The notes under the pieces: generated by a model
Databases searched by the model: none
Seen by the model: only the letters and a program-made list of their open reading frames with translations
Told to the model about the DNA's origin: nothing
Assembly: GCA_046351215.1 (NCBI GenBank)
Contig: JAXLYX010000012.1
Coordinates: 146,751-210,750 of the forward strand
Direction of reading: 5' to 3'
Length of the DNA stretch: 64,000 nucleotides
Origin: Polyangiales bacterium
GTDB taxonomy: Bacteria; Myxococcota_A; Polyangia; Polyangiales; Houyiibacteriaceae
Program-made: the position numbers and the translations under genes
In this document: piece by piece, positions 16,851-24,086 of the stretch
How positions within the stretch are numbered: position 1 is the stretch's first letter
Layout of the letters: each line of letters starts with the position of its first letter

Positions 16851-17642
16851 TCAAGGCGGCACGGACGCCGTCGGCGATCGGCGAGCGACCGCGTGGAAGG
16901 CCACGCCCACGGCCGCCGCCGCGAGCACGTGCTTGATCGCGTGGCCGCTCATCGCATGCCCGAGCAGCGTGTAGACCTGCGCATCGAGACCCTCGAAGAG
17001 CTTCGCCGCGACGTAGAGCGCGAGCGTGGCCCAGAGCGCCCACGCGCGATCGTAGCGGCTCGGGAAGAGCAGGAGCACGAGGGGCAGCGCGAGCATCGGA
17101 TAGAACTGCACGAGCGCGTAGAAGCGGAGATCGCCGACGCCGGCGAGCGCGCCGCGCCGCCAGACCTCGACCGAGAGCGCGCCGAGCACGACGAAGGGGA
17201 GCAGCAGGAAGAGCCCCGCTCGGTGGTGGATGCGCTCCACGATGGCGACCGAGAAGAGGCCCATGAAGGCGAGCGTCATCGGGAGACGGTCCCAGAAGAG
17301 CGTCGTGTCGCTCGGCGCGAGGTGGTAGTAGCCGCTCCCGAGGCCGACGAAGACGCTGCCGATCGCGACGGCGAGCCACGGCCAGCGATCCTCGGGTCGA
17401 CCGAGGCGAGCGACGCGGCAGGCGTGCAGGCCGTAGAGCCCCACGAGCGTGAACGGGACGTTCGAGACGACATTCCAGAAACGCGGGATCCCGAAGAGCG
17501 TCCTCGCGTCCGCGAAGCGGTGGTACGCGGGATCCTGGGCGATCGGCGGCGAAGCGAGCGCCCAGGCGATCGCGACGAGCGCGAGCGCCACGAGTGGAAC
17601 GAGCCGCTTCCGAGTCTCCCCCGCGTCGAGCCGCGTGCTCAT
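16851..17642 (-). CDS. Alkaline-ceramidase family integral membrane hydrolase
   Basis: 263 aa, about 7 TM segments. AYHRFADARTLFGIPRFWNVVSNVPF, GSGYYHL, WDRLPMT and C-terminal SGHAIKHVLAA resemble the bacterial ceramidase/PAQR-like family signature. Confidence 0.65.
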   Translation of the reverse strand: MSTRLDAGETRKRLVPLVALALVAIAWALASPPIAQDPAYHRFADARTLFGIPRFWNVVSNVPFTLVGLYGLHACRVARLGRPEDRWPWLAVAIGSVFVGLGSGYYHLAPSDTTLFWDRLPMTLAFMGLFSVAIVERIHHRAGLFLLLPFVVLGALSVEVWRRGALAGVGDLRFYALVQFYPMLALPLVLLLFPSRYDRAWALWATLALYVAAKLFEGLDAQVYTLLGHAMSGHAIKHVLAAAAVGVAFHAVARRSPTASVPP

Positions 17643-17701
17643 GCAGGCGAGACACGCGCGGGCTCGCGTTCATTCCCGCGCGGGCGTGCGGGCGCTCGAC
17701 C

Positions 17702-17860
17702 TCAAGCGCTCGCGACGTAGCCGAGCAGCGCGCCGTAGCCCGTGCTGATCCACGGGTTCGAGGTGATCGGGCACGCGCCCGACGCGCAGCCGACGAAGCG
17801 GTAGTAGAGGAAGCCGGAGACGGCGCCGCCGAGGACGAAGAGGGCCTTCTGGAGAAGCAT
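17702..17860 (-). CDS. DUF6132-like small membrane protein
   Basis: 52 aa from ATG 17860: MLLQKALFVLGGAVSGFLYYRFVGCASGACPITSNPWISTGYGALLGYV. The GCxSGxCPITSNP core between two TM helices is the family hallmark as I recall it. Confidence 0.55.
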   Translation of the reverse strand: MLLQKALFVLGGAVSGFLYYRFVGCASGACPITSNPWISTGYGALLGYVASA

Positions 17861-17982
17861 CGCGGGGCTCGCGGGAAGAGGGTTCGAGCGGTGGGAGCCA
17901 GCGTGCCCTGGAAAGGATTCGGACGGGCGCGGAATCACCCGAAAGGGTCGGGAATTCCCGTGAAAACCGCGAGCATCGTCTG

Positions 17983-18010
17983 TTGACTTCCGTTCAAGCG
18001 GGCGGATGAT
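17983..18010 (+). promoter_or_regulatory. Sigma70-like promoter candidate for the acyl-CoA dehydrogenase pair
   Basis: TTGACT (17983-17988), 16-nt spacer, GATGAT (18005-18010, 4 of 6 to TATAAT), about 55 nt upstream of ATG 18065. Weak; by eye only. Confidence 0.25.
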
Positions 18011-18064
18011 CCTTCCATCGCAATGGGGGACCGGACCGATAGGCCGGTATCCACGGGAGGAACC

Positions 18065-19381
18065 ATGCTCGAGAAGGCCATGGGGGCGTCACTCCGCCTC
18101 CTCAACGAATTCGCGGGCTCCGAGGTCGCCGAGAAGCTCGGCTTGGTCGAGCCGGCGAAGAAGATCCTCTACCAGGGCTCGAAGACGGGCTTCACCGTCC
18201 TCCAGGAAGGTGCCAAGGTCTGGAAGCAGCTCGTGGACGTGAAGGCGCCCGAGCGCATGCCGAAGAAGTCGGCCTCGAGCGATCTCTTCGACCTCACGCC
18301 GACCGAGGACCAGGCGATGGTGCAGGACACCATGCGCCAGTTCGCCGCGGACGTCCTGCGTCCCGGTGCGCACGACGCCGAGTCCGCGCTCGCGACGCCG
18401 AAGGCGATCCTCGATCAGGCGCAGGAGCTCGGGATCATGTCGCTCTCGATCCCGGAGAAGCTCGGAGGCGCCGGCGAGGAGCGCTCGCCCGTCTCGAACG
18501 TGCTCATCGCCGAGGCCCTCGCCCACGGCGACATGGGCATGGCCTTCGCGATCCTCTCGCCGCTCTCGGTCATCAACGCGCTCGTCGACGCGGGCTCGGC
18601 CGATCAGCAGTCGCGCTACCTCGCGGCCTTCGCGAAGGACACCTTCCTCCCCGCCTCCATCGCGCTGATGGAGCCGCAGCCGATGTTCGATCCCTTCCGG
18701 CTGCGCACCCGCGCGATCCGCGAAGGGCTCGGCTACCGGCTCGAGGGCGTGAAGTCGATGGTCGCGCTCTCCGACTCGGCGGAGCTCTTCCTCGTCGCCG
18801 CGGCCGTCGACGGTGCGCGTCCGCGCATCTTCCTCGTCGATCGGAACACGCCCGGCCTGACGATCGAGAGGACCCCGGCGATGGGCCTCCGCGCCGCGGG
18901 CCTCGGCGAGCTCCGCCTCTCCGGCGTCTCGGTCTCGGCCGATCGCGTGCTCGGCGGCGAGGGCGACGCGTTCGACTACGCGAGCTTCGTCGACCGGGGC
19001 CGCATCGCCTGGTCCGCCCTCGCAGTCGGTCAGGCGCAGGCCCTGCTCGACTTCGTCATCCCCTACTGCAACGAGCGCCGCGCGTTCGGCGAGCCGATCA
19101 CGAACCGCCAGGCCGTGGCGTTCATGATCGCCGACATGGCGATCGAGGTGGAATCGATGCGCATGCTGACCTGGCGTGCGGCGGCCCTCGCGGAGGAAGG
19201 GAAGGGTTGCCGCCGCGAGGCCTACCTCGCGCGCCTCCTCGCGGGCGAGAAGGCGATGAAGCTCGGCTCCGACGGAGTCCAGCTCCTCGGAGGCCACGGC
19301 TACACGAAGGAATACCCCGTCGAGCGCTGGTACCGGAACCTGCGCGCCGTCGCCGTGATGGAATCCGGTCTCTACGTCTGA
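18065..19381 (+). CDS. Acyl-CoA dehydrogenase family protein (atypical: N-terminal extension, truncated C-terminus)
   Basis: ATG 18065 follows GGGAGG at good spacing (the track start 18023 is also ATG). About 85 aa precede the ACAD fold. The protein ends AVAVMESGLYV, only 5 residues after the Glu that aligns with the catalytic YEGT/FEGT Glu. Confidence 0.85.
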   Translation: MLEKAMGASLRLLNEFAGSEVAEKLGLVEPAKKILYQGSKTGFTVLQEGAKVWKQLVDVKAPERMPKKSASSDLFDLTPTEDQAMVQDTMRQFAADVLRPGAHDAESALATPKAILDQAQELGIMSLSIPEKLGGAGEERSPVSNVLIAEALAHGDMGMAFAILSPLSVINALVDAGSADQQSRYLAAFAKDTFLPASIALMEPQPMFDPFRLRTRAIREGLGYRLEGVKSMVALSDSAELFLVAAAVDGARPRIFLVDRNTPGLTIERTPAMGLRAAGLGELRLSGVSVSADRVLGGEGDAFDYASFVDRGRIAWSALAVGQAQALLDFVIPYCNERRAFGEPITNRQAVAFMIADMAIEVESMRMLTWRAAALAEEGKGCRREAYLARLLAGEKAMKLGSDGVQLLGGHGYTKEYPVERWYRNLRAVAVMESGLYV

Positions 19382-19405
19382 ACCCGAACCGCGAAGGAGG
19401 AAGCC

Positions 19406-20620
19406 ATGATCCGAATGGAAGCACCGAAGCGGTTCAAGCCGCTCGTCATGCAGGCGCACCAGGTCGCGGCGAACGTGTTCCGCCCGATCTCCCGCAAGTA
19501 CGACCTCGCCGAGCATACCTACCCGAAGGAGCTCGACATGCTCGCCGCCCTGATGGACGGCATGAGCGAGACCGGCGCGACGGGAGGTGCCGGCGCGGCC
19601 GGCCTCGAGAAGGGGGGCCACGACGCGCCGAAGACGACGGAGAACAAGAACGGCGCGAACCTCGCCACGGCGCTCGGCATGATCGAGCTCTGCTGGGGCG
19701 ACGCGGGCCTCGCGCTCAGCATCCCGCGCCAGGGCCTCGGCAACGCGGCCATCGCGGCCGTCGCGAACGAGGACCAGAAGAAGCGCTTCAACGGCAAGTG
19801 GGCCGCGATGGCGATCACCGAGCCCGAGGCGGGCTCGGACTCCGGCGCGATCCGCACCACCGCGCACCTCGACGGCGACGAGTGGGTGCTGAACGGCGAG
19901 AAGATCTACGTGACCGCCGGTCAGCGCGCCGACTGCGTCGTCGTCTGGGCGACGCTCGATCGCAACCTCGGCCGCGCGGCGATCAAGTCCTTCGTCGTCG
20001 AGCGCGGCACGCCCGGCATGGAGGTCGTCCGGCTCGACCACAAGCTCGGCATCAAGGCGTCGGACACGGCGGTCATCCAGTTCACCGACTGCCGCATCCC
20101 GCGGGGCAACATCCTCGGCAGCGAGGAGGTGCGCGCCTCGGGCTTCGCCGGCGTGATGCAGACCTTCGACAACACGAGGCCCCTGGTCGCCGCGATGGCC
20201 CTCGGTGTCGGCCGCGCCTCGCTCGAGCTCGCGACGAAGATCCTCGGCCGCGAGGGAGTCACGCCGACCTACGAGCGCGGCTTCCACGGCGGCGACTTCG
20301 CGAGCCGCGAGCTGCTCCGCCTCGAGGCCGAGCTCGAGGCCGCCCGGCTGCTCACGATGAAGGCCGCGTGGATGGCCGACAACCGGAAGCCGAACTCGAC
20401 CGAGGCCTCGATGGCCAAGGCGAAGGCGGCGCGCGTCGGCACCGAGATCACGCTGCGCATGAGCGAGCTCTGCGGCTCGGCGGGCTACGACGAGCGCGAG
20501 ATGCTCGAGAAGTGGGCGCGCGACTCGAAGATCCTCGACATCTTCGAGGGCACCCAGCAGATCCAGCTGCTCATCATCGCGCGCCGCATCCTCGGCAAGA
20601 CGTCGGCCGAGCTGAAGTAG
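19406..20620 (+). CDS. Acyl-CoA dehydrogenase
   Basis: 404 aa. RBS GAAGGAGGAA. ITEPEAGSDSG, and the catalytic region DIFEGTQQIQLLIIARRIL. A Gly/Ala-rich insertion (GATGGAGAAGLEKGG) lies near the N-terminus. Starts 24 nt after the previous ACAD gene. Confidence 0.9.
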   Translation: MIRMEAPKRFKPLVMQAHQVAANVFRPISRKYDLAEHTYPKELDMLAALMDGMSETGATGGAGAAGLEKGGHDAPKTTENKNGANLATALGMIELCWGDAGLALSIPRQGLGNAAIAAVANEDQKKRFNGKWAAMAITEPEAGSDSGAIRTTAHLDGDEWVLNGEKIYVTAGQRADCVVVWATLDRNLGRAAIKSFVVERGTPGMEVVRLDHKLGIKASDTAVIQFTDCRIPRGNILGSEEVRASGFAGVMQTFDNTRPLVAAMALGVGRASLELATKILGREGVTPTYERGFHGGDFASRELLRLEAELEAARLLTMKAAWMADNRKPNSTEASMAKAKAARVGTEITLRMSELCGSAGYDEREMLEKWARDSKILDIFEGTQQIQLLIIARRILGKTSAELK

Positions 20621-20633
20621 CACGCACCGGAGG

Positions 20634-20668
20634 ACGGGGCGGTCACGAGGCCGCCCCGTTTCCGTCTT
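20634..20668 (+). terminator. Rho-independent terminator candidate after the ACAD pair
   Basis: 9-bp perfect stem ACGGGGCGG / CCGCCCCGT (20634-20642, 20651-20659), 8-nt loop, followed by TTCCGTCTT. Begins 14 nt after the stop at 20620. Confidence 0.6.
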
Positions 20669-20695
20669 GACGAAAACTGGAACAGGCGTTACATT
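20667..20695 (+). promoter_or_regulatory. Sigma70-like promoter candidate for the saccharopine dehydrogenase operon
   Basis: TTGACG (20667-20672), 17-nt spacer, TACATT (20690-20695), 44 nt upstream of GTG 20739, which has a GGAGGTGG RBS. Confidence 0.4.
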
Positions 20696-20738
20696 CTCCT
20701 CGTCGCCGCCGTGAAGGGCGGAATCGCGGAGGTGGATC

Positions 20739-21959
20739 GTGAGCAAGGTCGTCGTTCTCGGTGGCTGTGGCGGAATCGGCAACGTGGCGGTGAAGGCCCT
20801 CGCGGCCCTCGAGGCCTTCGACGAGATCGTCGTGGCCGACGTCCGCGCGGACGAAGCGGCGAAGCTCGCCCAGGGCTTCGGGAAGCCGGGCATCACGAGC
20901 ACGGCCGTCGACGCGACGAGCCCCGACTCGCTCGCTTCCGCGATGAAGGGCGCGACCGTCGTGCTGAACTGCGTCGGCCCCTTCTACCGCTTCGGTCCTC
21001 CGATCCTCGAGGCCGCGATCCGCGCGAAGGTCGACTACGTCGACATCTGCGACGACCTCGCGCCGACGCGCGTGATGCTCGAGATGGACGCGGCCGCGAA
21101 GGAAGCGGGGATCTCGGCCCTCATCGGCATGGGCAACTCGCCCGGCCTCGCGAACGTCTTCGTGAAGCTCGTGAAGGATCTCTTCCTCGACCAGGTCGAG
21201 GAGGTCGACATCATGCACATCCACGGCGGAGAGCCCGAGGAGGGCGCGGCCGTCGTGAAGCATCGCATCCACGCGATGGTCCACGACGTGCCGCTCTTCC
21301 TCGACGGGGAGTTCGTCAACGTCCGCCAGCTCGAGGAGAGCGGTCAGGCGCACGTCGTCGAGACCGACTTCCGCAACGTCGGGAAGTTCCCCGTCTACCC
21401 GTACCCGCACCCCGAGACGATCACGCTGCCGAAGTACATCCCGGGCCTCAAGCGCGCGACGAACCTCGGCGTGATCTTCCCGCTCTCCTACTTCCACCTG
21501 ACGCAGGAGATGGTCCGCGTCGGCGCCTGCTCCGAGGAGCCGCTCCGCGTGCACGGGCAGGACGTCGTGCCGCTCGACTTCTCGGTCGCGCACATCCTCC
21601 GTCGTCGCCCCGAGCTCCTCGCGGCGGCAGGCGTCACCGGTCCCGCCGGCTGCCTCAAGGTCGTCGTCGCGGGGCAGAAGGGCGGAAAGCGGCAGACCTT
21701 CGTGCTGCAGCTCTCGTCGAAGTCGGTCGGCGCGGGCGAGGGCACGGGCATCCCGGCGGCGGTCGGCGCCGCGCTCATGGGCCAGGGCAAGATCCCTTCG
21801 AAGGGCGTGTTCCCGCCCGAGGCCGGGATCAACGCGCTCGAGGTGCTCACCCTCGCGCTCTCCGCGTCGAAGAAGCTCGGCGCGGCCGGCGGCGACTCGA
21901 TCCACGTCGAGAGCATCGACGCGGACGGGAACGTCTCGCCGCTTCCTCTCGCGTTCTGA
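20739..21959 (+). CDS. Saccharopine dehydrogenase family NAD(P)-binding protein
   Basis: 406 aa, GTG start. MSKVVVLGGCGGIGNVAVKAL Rossmann motif, NCVGPFYRFG and DYVDICDD motifs typical of the saccharopine dehydrogenase-like family. Confidence 0.85.
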   Translation: MSKVVVLGGCGGIGNVAVKALAALEAFDEIVVADVRADEAAKLAQGFGKPGITSTAVDATSPDSLASAMKGATVVLNCVGPFYRFGPPILEAAIRAKVDYVDICDDLAPTRVMLEMDAAAKEAGISALIGMGNSPGLANVFVKLVKDLFLDQVEEVDIMHIHGGEPEEGAAVVKHRIHAMVHDVPLFLDGEFVNVRQLEESGQAHVVETDFRNVGKFPVYPYPHPETITLPKYIPGLKRATNLGVIFPLSYFHLTQEMVRVGACSEEPLRVHGQDVVPLDFSVAHILRRRPELLAAAGVTGPAGCLKVVVAGQKGGKRQTFVLQLSSKSVGAGEGTGIPAAVGAALMGQGKIPSKGVFPPEAGINALEVLTLALSASKKLGAAGGDSIHVESIDADGNVSPLPLAF

Positions 21960-21976
21960 ACGGGCGAAGATCGCGC

Positions 21977-23476
21977 ATGCCGCTCTTCGTCGGACACGAC
22001 CTCGGGACCGGAGGCAACAAGGCCTCGCTCGTCGACCTCGAGGGTCGCGTGCTCGCCGAGCACACGGCGACCTATCCGCTCGCCCATCCCGAGAAGGGCT
22101 GGGCCGAGCAGGAGCCGGAGCATTGGTGGCGCGCCGTCGTCGAGTGCACGCGCTCCGTCGTCTCGAAGGCGGGCGTGTCCCCGTCCGACGTCGTCGCGCT
22201 CGGATTCGCGGGGCAGATGCTCTCGCTCGTCCCGCTCGATCGCGAGGGCACGCCCACGCGTCGCGCGATCAGCTGGATGGACGCGCGCGCCGACGAGGAG
22301 GCGCGACGGATGACGCGCCGGCTCGGCGGAGAGAAGGTCATGCACCTGCTCGCCGGCGCGGCTCCGACGGGCAAGGATCTCGTGGCGAAGATCGCGTGGA
22401 TCGCGGCGCACGAGCCCGCGGTGCACGCGAAGACCTTCGGTTACACCGACGCGACCGGCTTCCTCGTGGCGCGCGCGACGGGCATCGTCGGGATCGATCC
22501 GACGGCGGCGGGTGCGACGGGGATCCTCGACGCGAAGAGCCGCACCTGGTCGAGGCTCCTCGCGACGTTGATCTCCTTCCCGCTCGACAAGATGCCCACG
22601 CTCTTCCGCTCGATCGACGTCGTGGGCACGCTCACGCGACACGCGGCGGAGGAGCTCGGGCTGTCTCCCTCGACCCAGGTGGCGGCCGGCATGGCCGACA
22701 TCCCCTCGGCCGCGGTCGGCTCGGGAGCGCTCGAGCCGGGAGACGCGCACGTCTACCTCGGGACCTCGTCGTGGATCGGCGTCACCGTGCGATCGCCGAA
22801 GATGGTGCCCAAGGCGGGCATCGCCTCCGTTCCCGCTCCCGATCCCTCGACCTGCCTGCTCATCGGCGAATCGGAGACGGCGGGAGCCTGCCGCGAGTGG
22901 TTCGAGAAGAACGTCGGCGTCGGCGAGTCGGAATCCCTCGACGCGCTCGCGGCGCGCGCCGAGCCCGGCTCCGGCGGCGTGCTCTTCCTCCCGTGGATGT
23001 ACGGCGAGCGCTCGCCCGTCCCCGACACGCGCGTGCGCGGGGCCTGGGTCAACGTCTCGCTCGAGCACGAGCGAGCCCACCTGATGCGCTCGCTCTACGA
23101 GGGCGTGGCGCTGAACCTCCGCTGGATCCTCGACGAGTGCCGCTCGATCGGCGAGCCCTGTCCGACGCTCCGCGCGATCGGGGGCGGCGCCCGGAGCGAT
23201 CTCTGGCTCCAGATCCTGGCCGACGTCACGGAGCGCCCGATCGAGAAGGTCGCCGAGCCGCGCCAGGCCGGCGCCGTCGGGGCGGCCCTCGTGGCCGCGG
23301 TGGCCACCGGTCACCTCCCGAGCGTGCCCTCGATCAAGCAGAAGGTCCGCGTGGATCGTCGCTTCGAGCCGACGCGCGCGAACCGTGCCGTGTACGAAGA
23401 GGCCTATGGGGTCTTCCGCGAGCTCCATGGACCCCTCTCCAGGGCGGGACGTCTGCTACGCTCCCGACCGGGATGA
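21977..23476 (+). CDS. FGGY-family carbohydrate kinase (xylulokinase-like)
   Basis: 499 aa from ATG 21977. N-terminal GHDLGTGGNKAS, central PWMYGERSP, C-terminal AIGGGARSDLWLQILADV, typical of FGGY kinases. The stop overlaps the TetR start (ATGA at 23473). Confidence 0.85.
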   Translation: MPLFVGHDLGTGGNKASLVDLEGRVLAEHTATYPLAHPEKGWAEQEPEHWWRAVVECTRSVVSKAGVSPSDVVALGFAGQMLSLVPLDREGTPTRRAISWMDARADEEARRMTRRLGGEKVMHLLAGAAPTGKDLVAKIAWIAAHEPAVHAKTFGYTDATGFLVARATGIVGIDPTAAGATGILDAKSRTWSRLLATLISFPLDKMPTLFRSIDVVGTLTRHAAEELGLSPSTQVAAGMADIPSAAVGSGALEPGDAHVYLGTSSWIGVTVRSPKMVPKAGIASVPAPDPSTCLLIGESETAGACREWFEKNVGVGESESLDALAARAEPGSGGVLFLPWMYGERSPVPDTRVRGAWVNVSLEHERAHLMRSLYEGVALNLRWILDECRSIGEPCPTLRAIGGGARSDLWLQILADVTERPIEKVAEPRQAGAVGAALVAAVATGHLPSVPSIKQKVRVDRRFEPTRANRAVYEEAYGVFRELHGPLSRAGRLLRSRPG

Positions 23477-24078
23477 GTCGGGCGCCCAGGCAGGAGCGGA
23501 GCGAGCAGAAGCGCAGGGAGGTCCTCGAGGCCACGCTGCGTCTGCTCGCGCGCGAGGGCCCGAGGGGCGTCACGCATCGGGCGGTCGCGGCCGAGGCCGG
23601 CACGTCGCTGCGCGCGACGACCTATTACTTCGCGTCGCGCGAGGAGCTCCTCACGGAGGCGCTCCTCCACTACGCCCGTACGGCGATCGAGCGCTTCGAC
23701 ATCATCCGCGCACCGCTCTCCCCGGGCATCGAGGACCCGATCGAGGCGGCCGCCGATCTGCTCGCGGCGACGGTCGTGAGCGACCTCCTCGAGGATCGGG
23801 CGGGCCTCGTCGCGGAGTACGAGCTCGTCCTCGAGATCGGGCGCAACCCCGTCCTCGAGCCGGCGTATCGGGAATGGCAGGCCAAGCTCGAGGGGATGCT
23901 CGGGGGCTATGCGGCGCTCTTCGGCTCGAGGAACCCGGAGCGAGACGCGCGGATCGTGCTCGCGACCCTGCGGGGCCTCGAGCTCGAAGCGCTCGCCCGG
24001 CCTTCCCGCAAGCCCGATCGCGTCGAGCTCCGAGGGCTCTTCGCGGCGCTGCTCGCCACGCTCGTCCGCTCGTCCTGA
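23473..24078 (+). CDS. TetR-family transcriptional regulator
   Basis: 201 aa. N-terminal HTH GVTHRAVAAEAGTSLRATTYYFASREELL. Translationally coupled to the FGGY kinase gene. Confidence 0.85.
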   Translation: MSRAPRQERSEQKRREVLEATLRLLAREGPRGVTHRAVAAEAGTSLRATTYYFASREELLTEALLHYARTAIERFDIIRAPLSPGIEDPIEAAADLLAATVVSDLLEDRAGLVAEYELVLEIGRNPVLEPAYREWQAKLEGMLGGYAALFGSRNPERDARIVLATLRGLELEALARPSRKPDRVELRGLFAALLATLVRSS

Positions 24079-24086
24079 GGCCGACG

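Noticed and set aside
18089-20902. 937-aa minus-strand ORF covering the acyl-CoA dehydrogenase pair.
   Set aside because: It is the antisense shadow of two genes with clear ACAD motifs. The sequence is Arg/Glu/Asp/Leu/Gly low-complexity with no recognisable domain.
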